Assembly: GCA_964291405.2 (NCBI GenBank)
Contig: OZ219926.1
Coordinates: forward strand, 64,001 to 128,000
Direction: 5' to 3'
Source: Thermodesulfobacteriota bacterium
GTDB lineage: Bacteria > Desulfobacterota > Binatia > Bin18
DNA length: 64,000 nt
Numbering within the stretch: position 1 is the first letter of the stretch; every line of letters starts with the position of its first letter. The translations under genes were made by a program, and so were the position numbers. Below, piece after piece: positions 18,466 through 28,309 of the stretch. The notes beneath the pieces were generated by a model. That model searched no databases, was not told the origin of the DNA, and worked only from the letters and a program-made list of their open reading frames with translations.

Positions 18466-19197
18466 ATGAGACGAAATGCAAGAACAGACCCGCACCAACG
18501 GAGCCCGTGGCTCTGGAGTTGTGGCCTGATCCTCGTTGCTTGCTGTGCTTTTCTGCTTTCGGCTTGCTCCTCCTCCAGTCCACTTGATCGATTGAAATCC
18601 CAGCTCGCCTCTGCGCCGGAATACGCCATTATTCTGAGTGATATGCGCGAAGAGGGAACGTTTTTCTCTTCGTATTTTCATCAATACCAAGTCGTACAGG
18701 GAGATAACTCCTGGACCACTGACTGGTTGCAAGTCCCGGAGTCCGTTTATCGCGCCAATGAGAATTTTCTCGGTATGACGCTCGCCTCCAAAACCCCTGG
18801 GGGCGAGAACAATGTCCCCCATCCGCCCGGTTATGATTACGTTGGCAATCCGCGCTACGGCTCGTGGCAGACGAATAGCAGCGGCATGTCGTTCTGGGCG
18901 TTTTACGGTCAATATGCGCTTATGCGCGACCTCCTCGGGATGGGACGGGGGTCCATTTTCCGGAATGACTATGATTCCTATCAACGCTCGCGCTCGGAGC
19001 GACGGCCATACTATGGCCGGACGGGAAGAGAATACGGGACGCGCGGCACGGTCACCCAGCAGCAGAAACCGTCTTTTTTCGCCCGCCGCCGCGCCAGGGA
19101 TGCCGCGCAACGACAACGTTTCCAGCAAAAATTCAACAACCGCTTTGGGCGGAGCAGCGTTCCGACGCGCTCGCGTGGCTTTGGCTTTGGCAAATAA
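18466..19197 (+). CDS. Lipoprotein with Arg/Gly/Ser/Tyr-rich low-complexity tail (DUF350/speE cluster)
   Basis: LLSAC lipobox; PPGYDYVGNPRYGSW; C-terminal RSRGFGFGK. Confidence 0.75.
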   Translation: MRRNARTDPHQRSPWLWSCGLILVACCAFLLSACSSSSPLDRLKSQLASAPEYAIILSDMREEGTFFSSYFHQYQVVQGDNSWTTDWLQVPESVYRANENFLGMTLASKTPGGENNVPHPPGYDYVGNPRYGSWQTNSSGMSFWAFYGQYALMRDLLGMGRGSIFRNDYDSYQRSRSERRPYYGRTGREYGTRGTVTQQQKPSFFARRRARDAAQRQRFQQKFNNRFGRSSVPTRSRGFGFGK

Positions 19198-19213
19198 GCC
19201 GAAGAGGTAGGTC

Positions 19214-20059
19214 ATGACTCTGGACACTGTGATTCTGGCCAGTATCTATCTCCTGTCTGCCTATATCTTGTTCTGGCTGGGGAAACGTGTATTTGATTTC
19301 CTGCACCGCGATTTTCGCGTTCGCGAGGAATTGGTTGAGCGGAAAAACCCGGCCCTGGCGCTGGCCCTTGTGGGCTATTATCTCGGAGTTGTGTTTGCTA
19401 TTGGCGGAGCTATTGTTGGTCCGTCGAGCGGCCTGGTTGACGATGTGCTCGATCTGTTCCTGTACGGTATATTGGCCATCCTTCTGCTGAATATCTCAAC
19501 GCTGGTCAGCGACCGCTTGATTCTCTTCCAGTTCAGCAACACCAAGGAGATCATTCAAGATCAAAATGCGGGAACGGGCATCACCGCTGGGGGCGTGTAC
19601 GCAGCTACCGGCCTGATTCTGTTCGGCGCCATTTCAGGGGAGGGCGGCACGGTCTGGACGGCGATCGGCTTCTGGGTCCTGGGTCAACTAGCCCTGATCC
19701 TGACCGGGCTGGTATACGAGTGGATCACACCGTACAGCATTCATGACGAGATCGAAAAGGATAATGTTGCCGTTGGGGTCAGCTTTGCCGGAGCGCTGCT
19801 GAGCATGGGCAATATCCTGCGCCATGCGCTGAGTGGCGATTTTTATTCCTGGCAGGCAAATCTGCTGACCTTCTGCTCCCTGGCCGTGATCGGCCTGGTG
19901 GCGCTGCCGATTATCCGCTGGGCGACGGACAAAGTGCTCTTACCCGGAACGACGATTACGGCCGAGCTGGTGGAGCATGAACAGCCGAATCTCGGGGCTG
20001 CCTATATCGAGATGTTCTCCTATATTAGTGCGTCTTTTCTCATCACTTGGTGTCTCTAG
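19214..20059 (+). CDS. DUF350 family membrane protein (tandem units)
   Basis: Repeated EELVERKNPALAL, KEIIQDQNAGTG, DEIEKDNVAVG, ELVEHEQPNLGAA motifs between TM helices. Confidence 0.85.
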   Translation: MTLDTVILASIYLLSAYILFWLGKRVFDFLHRDFRVREELVERKNPALALALVGYYLGVVFAIGGAIVGPSSGLVDDVLDLFLYGILAILLLNISTLVSDRLILFQFSNTKEIIQDQNAGTGITAGGVYAATGLILFGAISGEGGTVWTAIGFWVLGQLALILTGLVYEWITPYSIHDEIEKDNVAVGVSFAGALLSMGNILRHALSGDFYSWQANLLTFCSLAVIGLVALPIIRWATDKVLLPGTTITAELVEHEQPNLGAAYIEMFSYISASFLITWCL

Positions 20060-21581
20060 TCTGCTGAAGCTGTGCCTGTTTGCCACGGGCTTGGCCGGCA
20101 TAGTCGCCGAGTTTGTGCTGTGCACGCTTGCGACCTACTTCCTCGGCAATGCGGTGTTGCAGTGGACGCTGATGATGTCCTTCATGCTGTTTGCCATGGG
20201 CCTGGGCAGTCATCTGAGTCGCTATTGCAGTGCGCACCTGTTGGACACCTTTACCGTTCTTGAGTTCGCGCTGTCCCTGTTGTGTGCCAGCGCCGCGGCC
20301 GCGGCCTACGTCCTGTCTCCTTTTCTCAATAATATAGGCGTGGTGATTTATCCGCTCGGCATTGCTATCGGCCTGTTGATCGGTATGGAGATCCCGCTCA
20401 TTACGCGGGTCAATGCCGCCCATGAAGAGCTCCGGGTCAACATTTCTTCCGTGCTGGAGAAGGATTATTACGGAGCGCTTATTGGGGGGCTGTTCTTTGC
20501 CTTTGTGGCCCTGCCGTATTTCGGATTGACCTATACTCCGATAGCGCTGGGTGCGGTGAACTTCGGGGTTGCCTCGCTCCTGTTGTTTCGCTTTCGGTCT
20601 TTGCTGAGCGCCCCGCGACTGCTGAGCGGCCTCTGGGCCGGGGTTGGCGCCGGGCTTATCGGACTGTTTGTCCTGGCGGAACCCATCCTCCTGTTTGGCG
20701 AGCAGGCCCTGTATAAAGATACGGTTGTCCTGGCCAAGCAAACGCCCTATCAGCGGCTAGTGGTGACGCGCTGGCGGAATGATTACTGGCTCTATATTAA
20801 CGGCAACCAGCAGTTCAGCAGCTACGATGAAGAGCGCTACCACGAACCGCTCGTCCATCCGGCGATGGCGCTGACCGGCAATCGCGCTGAGGTGCTCATT
20901 CTCGGCGGAGGCGATGGGTTGGCGTTACGGGAGGTGCTCAAATACCCCCAAGTCCAAGCTGTGACTCTGGTTGATCTTGACCCGGAGATGACAACCCTGG
21001 CCGCTACGCACCCGGTCTTCCTGCAACTCAATGCACACGCCTTGGCCGACCCTCGGGTGTCGGTTGTTAATGCCGATGCCTTTTCCTTTCTCCAGGACTC
21101 GCCGCATTTATTCGACGTGATTATTATTGACTTGCCCGACCCGAACTCCGCGGAACTGGCCCGGCTGTATTCGCTCAACTTCTATCGGCTGTGCAAGAAG
21201 CATCTCAAACGGGGCGGCACCCTGGTCACGCAGGCGACCAGCCCGTTTTTCAGCCGTCGGGCTTTCGTGTGTATCCAGAAAACGATGGCGGAGGCCGGCT
21301 TCAGCGTTTTGCCCTACCACAACCATATCCCGACGTTGGGCGAGTGGGGCTTCGTGTTGGGGGTGGGTGCCGAACTGCTTGCATCTGCGACCCTGAAGAA
21401 AACCGTACAAGAATTGTCCTTCCAAGAGGTTGAGACGCGCTTTCTCAACCAGGAGGCAATGATTGCCATGGTGCATTTTGGGAAGGGTGTTTTTCGGGAC
21501 ACCGAGGAGATCGAGGCGAATCGGGAGAGTAGGCCCGTTTTACCGTCGTATTATCAGCAGGGCAGGTGGGAGGTGTATTAG
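20028..21581 (+). CDS. speE: Membrane-fused polyamine aminopropyltransferase (spermidine synthase)
   Basis: About 7 N-terminal TM helices; QTPYQ, ERYHEPLVHP, VLILGGGDGLALREV, VDLD, IIDLPDP; GTG start inferred. Confidence 0.9.
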   Translation: MRLFSSLGVSSLLKLCLFATGLAGIVAEFVLCTLATYFLGNAVLQWTLMMSFMLFAMGLGSHLSRYCSAHLLDTFTVLEFALSLLCASAAAAAYVLSPFLNNIGVVIYPLGIAIGLLIGMEIPLITRVNAAHEELRVNISSVLEKDYYGALIGGLFFAFVALPYFGLTYTPIALGAVNFGVASLLLFRFRSLLSAPRLLSGLWAGVGAGLIGLFVLAEPILLFGEQALYKDTVVLAKQTPYQRLVVTRWRNDYWLYINGNQQFSSYDEERYHEPLVHPAMALTGNRAEVLILGGGDGLALREVLKYPQVQAVTLVDLDPEMTTLAATHPVFLQLNAHALADPRVSVVNADAFSFLQDSPHLFDVIIIDLPDPNSAELARLYSLNFYRLCKKHLKRGGTLVTQATSPFFSRRAFVCIQKTMAEAGFSVLPYHNHIPTLGEWGFVLGVGAELLASATLKKTVQELSFQEVETRFLNQEAMIAMVHFGKGVFRDTEEIEANRESRPVLPSYYQQGRWEVY

Positions 21582-21589
21582 GGCGTAAT

Positions 21590-22141
21590 CTACGATTGTT
21601 CCCGCGGTAGAATATGGGAGAATTCGTACTCGTTGACGTATTTGCCGACAGCGGCTTCAAACTCGTCTTCGTCCCACTGTTCGATGGTCAGGGTGTTGTC
21701 TTCCGACGCGTCCATATAGTCCCAATAGATCATCTCGTCGCCGGCAACCCGCCCGTTGGGATGATAATAGCCGGCGCCACTTTCGGCCAACCGAAAATGG
21801 ATGCCTTGGTATTCGATTTCCTCAGGCGGGTCGTCATGCTGCCTGATATGCGCTCGCACGTCTTGACCCAGGGCTGAAAAATCTATTTTGCGCGAGATGT
21901 TCCATTCAACGCCATCGTCCTCTTCACGCTCAAGAAAGAACGAATCGTCTCCGGCGTCGAGTTCCCACTCCTGCGTTTTGGTGTCGTCAAAGGTATAGCT
22001 ACTCTGACTTTTGACCTGCCAGGTCTTGAGGTCATAGTCGACCAGATAGCCGACTTTCAGGTTTGAGAGGGTTAAATCACTGAGCGGGTCGAGGTCCGCC
22101 TGCTCGTCTTTTTTTCCAAAGAGTTTCTTCCAGAGAGACAT
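21590..22141 (-). CDS. DUF4178-like acidic protein
   Basis: GYLVDYDLKTWQV, EWEL, YWDY, TIEQW; context with PspA and DUF350. Confidence 0.7.
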   Translation of the reverse strand: MSLWKKLFGKKDEQADLDPLSDLTLSNLKVGYLVDYDLKTWQVKSQSSYTFDDTKTQEWELDAGDDSFFLEREEDDGVEWNISRKIDFSALGQDVRAHIRQHDDPPEEIEYQGIHFRLAESGAGYYHPNGRVAGDEMIYWDYMDASEDNTLTIEQWDEDEFEAAVGKYVNEYEFSHILPREQS

Positions 22142-22218
22142 AAAGACTCCTCTGTTTACCCAAAAAATCCCTTCCTCGAAGGACTGTCCTAATTCGGAGC
22201 GTAGTGCCAATGAGGAAC

Positions 22219-22254
22219 CCACCCCGGCCTGCGGCCACCCCTCCGAGGAGGGGA
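22219..22254. repeat. REP-like GC-rich hairpin (CCACCCCGGCCTGCGGCCACCCCTCCGAGGAGGGGA)
   Basis: GGCC/GGCC and CCCCTCC/GGAGGGG stems; a related hairpin lies at about 40351-40377. Confidence 0.5.
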
Positions 22255-22264
22255 TAGAGGTGAG

Positions 22265-22972
22265 CTATGCCGAAATCCCCATCTTGGCCTTGAGGGCGGC
22301 CAGGGAATCATTCGCCTGGGTATTGCCTTGGCTCAGGGCCGCATCAATCTCATTATCGACGCTTTTATCGACATCGGCGACCTGGCCGTACGCCTGGGCT
22401 AAGGACTCGTCTTCTTCAACCTTGTTGCGCATCTTTTCCAGCATGGCGATTGTGCTGGATGAATCGACCTTGGCGAGTTGCTGGTTGATCTTCTTGGTCG
22501 ATGCCGCGGTACGTGCGCGGGCCTTTAAGGTAATGAGATCATTCTCATATTTGGTGGTCATGGATTTCAGCTTCTCGATCTTGCCCTGCAACTGGTTGGC
22601 CATGCTGTCCTGATTTTCCCAATCCTTAAGAGCCTGGGCCGCCCTCTGGCTGGCCTCTTCTTTCTTTTTCAGGGCTTCGGCCGCCAGACGCTCGGCTTCG
22701 GCCTGATCCATCTCGCCACTCTGCATCTTTTGCAGTAGCAGCATGGCCTTGCGTTCATACTCGGCCGCCAGAGATTTACTGCTGTCCGCGTCTTTTCTCA
22801 GGCGAATGGCCACGCTCTTGACCTCGGCTAAACTCGTCATACTAGCTTGGAGATCATTCTTGAGATCACGGATACCTTGCTCGGTCATGCGGATAGGGTC
22901 TTCCATGTTGTCAAGAACGGCATGGGCTTCGGATTGTCCGATTTTGAATAGGCGTTGAAAAAAACCTGCCAT
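22265..22972 (-). CDS. PspA/IM30 (ESCRT-III-like) family protein
   Basis: MAGFFQRLFKI, MEDPIRMTEQGIRDL, LKARA, C-terminal LAALKAKMG. Confidence 0.93.
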   Translation of the reverse strand: MAGFFQRLFKIGQSEAHAVLDNMEDPIRMTEQGIRDLKNDLQASMTSLAEVKSVAIRLRKDADSSKSLAAEYERKAMLLLQKMQSGEMDQAEAERLAAEALKKKEEASQRAAQALKDWENQDSMANQLQGKIEKLKSMTTKYENDLITLKARARTAASTKKINQQLAKVDSSSTIAMLEKMRNKVEEDESLAQAYGQVADVDKSVDNEIDAALSQGNTQANDSLAALKAKMGISA

Positions 22973-22990
22973 AATATACCTCCGGATTGG

Positions 22991-23389
22991 TTAGTGCTTT
23001 GTATAGGAGAGTAGCTCTCCTGCATTCTCGGCCAGGGCCAGACTCAGCGCTTCAATCGAGCCTTCCAGTTCATTGCTGTCCAGATTCTCGATGCGCAGCG
23101 TGTCACGAAAAAGGATGGTCTGCGTCTCCTCGTCCAGCACAAAGGCGCCATGCACCAGGAGCCGGTTCATTTGCAGCAAACGCCGGAATAAATTCCCCGG
23201 CTCCTGCGGAATGGGCATAATGACCTGCTCCAACACGAGCAGGGGGTCCTCGCAGTCAACGATCAGGTTGTTGATGCCGCTGTCTTCGTCATTGACGATA
23301 AACAACTCCTGGCCTTCGTCCTCGTGCGTAATCGCGTAGTCCAAATCAAGCAACAGCGATTTTACTTTCTCAAAATACTCTGCTGGCAT
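22991..23389 (-). CDS. YbjN/CesT-like chaperone
   Basis: LFRRLLQMNRLLVHGAFVLDE, FRDTL..ENLD.NELE; directly upstream of the PspA homolog. Confidence 0.75.
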   Translation of the reverse strand: MPAEYFEKVKSLLLDLDYAITHEDEGQELFIVNDEDSGINNLIVDCEDPLLVLEQVIMPIPQEPGNLFRRLLQMNRLLVHGAFVLDEETQTILFRDTLRIENLDSNELEGSIEALSLALAENAGELLSYTKH

Positions 23390-23407
23390 ACGTCGCTTCC
23401 TCCACAC

Positions 23408-24436
23408 TTATCTCTGGTTGGGACGTTCCTGTCCGATAACGATGAGTTGGTCTTCCAGTTGGATTATATAGTCGCTCGGTGGGTTTGCAAGAAACCTTGC
23501 CTGTGCCCGGCTTTCGACGGCTACAAGCAGGAGATTCTGTTCTCTTTTCAGTTCAATCAGCGCATCCACAAAAGCGTGGCCAACACAGGCTCGCGGCACC
23601 GGAATGGTGTACAGCGCACTCCCGAAGCGGTTGCTGACGAGTTCGTTGACCAGCAGGGGTACGCCACGGTTCAAGGCGGCCTGAACCAGCAAGTTGGTGC
23701 TCAATGCACCGGTGACAATCACTTCATCCGCCTTGGCTCGCTTGCCGTGAGCAATATTTTGCTGTTCAAGCAGTTCAACGCACGTATACAGGCTCGGGTA
23801 GGTGGTTTTGATGGTGAGCGTATCCAAAATCGTCTTGGCATCCCGCGTGTGGACCTCGCCCTGTTCATCAGCCAGCACGATGGCGACCTCTGCCTTTTGG
23901 GCATTGGCCCGTGCCAGGGTTTCCGGGCTGACGACCCCGCTGACAAATTGGACCCGTTCACCGTCCAAAGGATTCTCGGGCAAGTCGGCGATCAGCACAA
24001 TCGAACGGTGGCGGGCCTTTTCGTCGGCCCTGACCTCTTCAATAATTTCCTTGGCTTTATAATTCCAGCCGCACAGCACAATATGGCCGGTACTTGAGAG
24101 CGGTTTCATCCCTTTTCCCTCCTGCCGTCGGTTCTCAACAAAGGTGCTGGCCAGGGTGGCCGTCAGCATGCCGAGAAACCCGATGCCGAACAGCATCAGA
24201 AAGATGCCGACGATTCGGCCTCCCAACGAGGTCGGGTAGATATCCCCATAGCCGACTGTGGTAATGGTCACGAGCGTCCACCACACTGCGTCCACCACGG
24301 ATAACTGCGGCTCAAAAAACGAGATACCCGCCATTCCGGTGATGGAGATGACAACCAGCACCAGGAGGACCACGTCCAAATGGTCTTTCCGTAGCTGGTG
24401 GGCAAAGCGTCTCAAAAGGACCAGGATAGTGGGCAT
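23408..24436 (-). CDS. Potassium channel with RCK/TrkA-N domain
   Basis: TTVGYGD selectivity filter; HIVLCGW, LARAN, ADEVI. Confidence 0.93.
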   Translation of the reverse strand: MPTILVLLRRFAHQLRKDHLDVVLLVLVVISITGMAGISFFEPQLSVVDAVWWTLVTITTVGYGDIYPTSLGGRIVGIFLMLFGIGFLGMLTATLASTFVENRRQEGKGMKPLSSTGHIVLCGWNYKAKEIIEEVRADEKARHRSIVLIADLPENPLDGERVQFVSGVVSPETLARANAQKAEVAIVLADEQGEVHTRDAKTILDTLTIKTTYPSLYTCVELLEQQNIAHGKRAKADEVIVTGALSTNLLVQAALNRGVPLLVNELVSNRFGSALYTIPVPRACVGHAFVDALIELKREQNLLLVAVESRAQARFLANPPSDYIIQLEDQLIVIGQERPNQR

Positions 24437-24445
24437 AGGGACAGA

Positions 24446-24847
24446 TTATGATTTGTCTGGCTTTTCCACGGGAAGCCCGGCCTCGGCCCAGCCGTTAAAA
24501 CCGGCTTCCAGATGGGCAATATTGGGAAAACCCATATCTTGTAAAGCATCAGCGGCCAGCGCAGACCGGCCTCCTGCAGCGCAATACACGACAATGCGTT
24601 TTTCAGGATCAACCTTTCCGGTGCAATACTGAGAGGACGGGTCGAGCCAGAATTCCAGCATACCGCGTGGTACATGCATGGCACTCGGAATCCAGCCCAG
24701 CTTCTGCCGTTCACGCACGTCTCGAATATCGAGAAGCTGCGTCTCTCCGGACTCTAACTCTTGCTGTAACTGTCCTACGGACAGGTTCTCAATACGCGTC
24801 TTCGCCTCCTCAACCATCTGCTCCGCAGTCTTCTTGAGTTTGAACAT
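24446..24847 (-). CDS. Rhodanese-like domain protein
   Basis: LDIRD, VPRGMLEF, YCAAGGRS, GFNGW. Confidence 0.92.
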   Translation of the reverse strand: MFKLKKTAEQMVEEAKTRIENLSVGQLQQELESGETQLLDIRDVRERQKLGWIPSAMHVPRGMLEFWLDPSSQYCTGKVDPEKRIVVYCAAGGRSALAADALQDMGFPNIAHLEAGFNGWAEAGLPVEKPDKS

Positions 24848-24954
24848 ACCGGTCCTTTCTGCTGTATCTCTGCTGCAATGCTAGAAGGTTTCCTTAAGAA
24901 CGGCTACTCCCTGTTGTTATGGACTGGAGCCTACACCTGTCTCCGCATGTCTGC

Positions 24955-25224
24955 TTACTCCGGCCGACAGGTAAGGCTATCCCGGGGAGCGTTCTGACAG
25001 GCAATAGTGTCAGTGACACCTGAGGCGAGCAGGGCGCAGGCGTTGGTAATTGCCGCCATCTGGGCCTCATGCTCTGTCGCCCCGTCGACCTCGCGGCAGA
25101 CCTGCCGGCCGTGGAAGGTGATACAGACCTCACACCGCACCCCGCCTATCTGGAATGTCGAATACACGACGATAGCCATCACCGCCAGAATAATGCCAAG
25201 CGCCACCCAACTCGTCCGCTTCAT
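24955..25224 (-). CDS. Small membrane-anchored Cys-rich hypothetical protein
   Basis: N-terminal TM helix; CEVC, C, C, C, C. Confidence 0.6.
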   Translation of the reverse strand: MKRTSWVALGIILAVMAIVVYSTFQIGGVRCEVCITFHGRQVCREVDGATEHEAQMAAITNACALLASGVTDTIACQNAPRDSLTCRPE

Positions 25225-25276
25225 AGCCAGGTCATATTCCTTTGTTTGCGAGACTGCTATATTTCCGCACGAACAA

Positions 25277-25329
25277 AAAAGTAAACGTGTCCAGCATCTG
25301 TATGTCTATTGGAGGACACGTTTGCTCTT
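25277..25329 (+). repeat. Dispersed ~53-bp hairpin element, copy 1
   Basis: AAAAGTAAACGTGTCC-AGCATCTGTATGTCTATTGGA-GGACACGTTTGCTCTT. Confidence 0.9.
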
Positions 25330-25371
25330 CGGTGTGTAGCATAGCTCCAAACGCTCCGCAGCCGCTCCCAT

Positions 25372-26673
25372 ATGAACTGGATCTGGTTCGGCCTTATTGT
25401 CGGTTCTGTTGTGACCGCCGCTTTTACCGGCAAGATGGCTGAGGTCACGGCCGCCTCAATAGACTCGGCCAAATCTGCCGTGACGCTGGCCATCGGTCTG
25501 GTCGGCGTGATGGCCTTTTGGTTGGGCATGCTGCGCATTGTGCAAGTTGGCGGTTTTCTGCACGCCCTGGCGCGCTGGCTGCGTCCCCTCATGGTGCGAT
25601 TGTTTCCTGACGTTCCGGCTGATCATCCGGCTCTGAGTGCCATGATTATGAATATCGCCTCCAATATGCTGGGTCTGGGGAACGCGGCTACTCCCTTCGG
25701 CATCAAGGCCATGCAGGAGCTTGACAGCCTCAATCCTCATAAAGGCACGGCGACCAACGCCATGGTTTTATTCCTGGCCATCAATACCTCGAATGTTGCC
25801 CTGGCTCCCCTTGGGGTGATTGCGCTGAGAGCATCGATAGGGTCAGAAAACGCGGCGGGTATTTGGCTGCCCACTCTTCTGGCCACCTCATTCTCGACCT
25901 GCGTTGGTATTCTCGCGGCGAAGCTCTTGCAGAGACTCCCCGTATTCAGCGCGGGCGACCGCGCTGCTGAGCAGGAAGAAAATACCTCTGAGATCGACTT
26001 GCCGGAAGAGGAAACACTGGGCGCTGAGCAGTCGACTTCCCGACCGGGCTGTCTGCTGGCTCTCTTGTCTGTTGGAGCGATTGGGGTCGCCTTTCTCTTG
26101 TTCCTGCAATCCGGCTTGAGCGACGGTCAGCCGCTTGGTCCGCTGCTGCGTAACGCCGTATCGGCTTGGCTTTTGCCGGTGCTGATCGTGGTGATGCTCG
26201 GCTACGGCATTGCCAAAAGAGTGGCTATGTACGATGCCATGATCGAAGGAGCAAAAGAGGGCTTCCAGGTGGCCATCAGGATTATTCCGTTTCTTGTCGC
26301 CATTCTTGTTGCCGCTGGCATGTTTAGGGCTTCGGGTTTATTGGATGTGATGATTGCCGGCGTACAGCCTGTTCTGGGTCTTATCGGATTTCCCGCCGAG
26401 GCCTTGCCGATGGCTATCCTGCGGCCCTTATCCGGCTCTGGCGCCTACGCCATTATGGCTGAGATCCTACAAGCCGAAGGGCCGGACAGCTTGGTTGGCT
26501 ATCTCGTTTCCACGCTCCAGGGCAGCACGGAAACGACTTTCTACGTTTTAGCTGTGTATTTTGGTGCGGTTGGCGTGGTCCGTATTCGACACGCCCTAGT
26601 CGCCGGATTGACCGCGGATATCGCTGGGGTTATCGGAGCAGTTATCGCCGTCCAGTGGCTATTAATAGGATAA
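25372..26673 (+). CDS. SpmA/SpmB fused nucleoside-recognition (gate) domain membrane protein
   Basis: NMLGLGNAATPFGIKAMQEL, FLAINTS, RPLSGSGA, GSTETTFYVLAVYFG. Confidence 0.92.
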   Translation: MNWIWFGLIVGSVVTAAFTGKMAEVTAASIDSAKSAVTLAIGLVGVMAFWLGMLRIVQVGGFLHALARWLRPLMVRLFPDVPADHPALSAMIMNIASNMLGLGNAATPFGIKAMQELDSLNPHKGTATNAMVLFLAINTSNVALAPLGVIALRASIGSENAAGIWLPTLLATSFSTCVGILAAKLLQRLPVFSAGDRAAEQEENTSEIDLPEEETLGAEQSTSRPGCLLALLSVGAIGVAFLLFLQSGLSDGQPLGPLLRNAVSAWLLPVLIVVMLGYGIAKRVAMYDAMIEGAKEGFQVAIRIIPFLVAILVAAGMFRASGLLDVMIAGVQPVLGLIGFPAEALPMAILRPLSGSGAYAIMAEILQAEGPDSLVGYLVSTLQGSTETTFYVLAVYFGAVGVVRIRHALVAGLTADIAGVIGAVIAVQWLLIG

Positions 26674-26718
26674 CGGCCACTGGACGGGGTTCGTACGGCA
26701 GATTCATTCAGACCGGGA

Positions 26719-28140
26719 TTATTCGGGAGATGGAGCCGTCTGGGTGCCGGTGCGTAATTCTTCCATATCGTCTGGGTCGGGCATGACCACAAACTCCGGA
26801 TAGGCTTCGATGCCGAGTTCCATGGCATCTTGACCGACCTCTTCGACGCTGCGCGAAACCCGGACCCCAACGGTCTTTTCCAGCGCCAGCCACACCCCCC
26901 ACGAAGTCACGAAGGCAAACACCCCTATCGCCAGCACCCCGAGGAGTTGGACGCCGATATTGCCGCCCGCCGCGATACAGACCGCCAGCGTTCCCCAGAT
27001 ACCGGCGAACAGATGGGCCGGTATCGCACCGACCACATCGTCCAGCTTCATATTCTCCAGCAGTCTCATGCCGCCCAGGCACACCACCCCGCCAATCGCT
27101 CCGATGATGACTGCCCAATATGGCTTCACAATATCCGGTCCCGCGGTAATAGAGACGAGGCCGGCAATCGCACCGTTGAGAACGGCAAGCAGATCGATCC
27201 GTCCGAGTAAGGGTCGTGAGACGCATAAGGCAGCCACGACTCCCGCAGCCGCCGCCAGATTCGTGTTGGCAAGCACATTACTCATGGCCACCGCGTCCAC
27301 CGCGCCACCCAGGGCGAGTTGTGAGCCACCGTTAAAGCCGAGCCAGCCAAACCACAGAATGAGTACGCCTAAGGTCACGAAAGGGACGTTCGAGGGAGGG
27401 GTGGGTTTGACGCTGCCGTCAGGTCGGAACTTGCCCGTTCGCGGTCCCACGACCATGGCGCCGGCCAGCGCGGCCCAGCCGCCGGTCGAATGGACGATGG
27501 TGGAACCGGCGAAGTCCTGAAACCCCATTTCATTCAGCCAGCCTCCGCCCCAGGTCCAGGCTCCAATAATGGGATAGATAATTGCCGTCAAAACGGTCGT
27601 GAAGGCAAGAAACGACCACAGCCTGACCCGTTCGGCCAGGGTGCCGGATACAATCGAGGCAGCCGTCGCGACAAAGACCATCTGGAAGAACCAGTCCGAC
27701 ATGACGGCGTAGCCGTTGGCGATGACAGCGGCCAGAGCCTCTGCCTGGTCGGACAACAGGGCCAGTTCATCGGCCGAAGGGCCGTACAGAAAGGTCACCG
27801 AGCCGATCCAGGAGCCGACATCGACGTACATCAGATTGTAGCCGATGAAGTAATAGGCCAGACCTGCAACCGAGTACAACCCGATGTTCTTGAGACAGAT
27901 CACAGAAGCGTTCTTCGTGCGTACCGAGCCAGACTCCAGCATGGTGAAGCCCGCACACATCCACATCACCAGCGCTCCCCAGATGAGAAACGAAAAGGTG
28001 TTCAGAACAAACTGTGACTCTTCATCCACGGCCGCCTGTGCAGCATCGGCCTGTAACAGGAGGCTGAAAGCCACGAGCAACGCTCCTGTTCTCACAACAC
28101 TTCGACTAGACTTCCCTCGTCCATCTCTGCCTCTGTTCAT
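26719..28140 (-). CDS. amt: Ammonium transporter (Amt family)
   Basis: GFTMLESG.VR.KN, DFAGSTIVH, LWFGWLGFNGGS, NGAIAGLVSITA, DDVVGAIPAH; GGAGG RBS before ATG 28140. Confidence 0.95.
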   Translation of the reverse strand: MNRGRDGRGKSSRSVVRTGALLVAFSLLLQADAAQAAVDEESQFVLNTFSFLIWGALVMWMCAGFTMLESGSVRTKNASVICLKNIGLYSVAGLAYYFIGYNLMYVDVGSWIGSVTFLYGPSADELALLSDQAEALAAVIANGYAVMSDWFFQMVFVATAASIVSGTLAERVRLWSFLAFTTVLTAIIYPIIGAWTWGGGWLNEMGFQDFAGSTIVHSTGGWAALAGAMVVGPRTGKFRPDGSVKPTPPSNVPFVTLGVLILWFGWLGFNGGSQLALGGAVDAVAMSNVLANTNLAAAAGVVAALCVSRPLLGRIDLLAVLNGAIAGLVSITAGPDIVKPYWAVIIGAIGGVVCLGGMRLLENMKLDDVVGAIPAHLFAGIWGTLAVCIAAGGNIGVQLLGVLAIGVFAFVTSWGVWLALEKTVGVRVSRSVEEVGQDAMELGIEAYPEFVVMPDPDDMEELRTGTQTAPSPE

Positions 28141-28191
28141 GCTCGCCTCCAATCCTGTTTCGACTAACTGGCTGCCACAAGAACTACGAAC

Positions 28192-28243
28192 AAGAGTAAA
28201 CGTGTCTAGCTTTTTTGGATGATTGGAGGACACGTTTACTCTT
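28192..28243 (+). repeat. Dispersed hairpin element, copy 2
   Basis: AAGAGTAAACGTGTCT-AGCTTTTTTGGATGATTGGA-GGACACGTTTACTCTT. Confidence 0.85.
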
Positions 28244-28309
28244 TCAAGCAGATGCATGCAGTCTTGGGCAATACCAGACCCATGCATGTATTCCGGGTAG
28301 GGGGAGTCC

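Noticed and set aside
28141-28287. N-terminal extensions in the ORF track (amt; also 50295, 62860, 56645, 41936, 12209)
   Set aside because: They run through hairpin elements or neighbouring genes; downstream starts have better RBSs and match family N-termini. The recurring NVSSIC...GGHV peptides are just the translated repeat.
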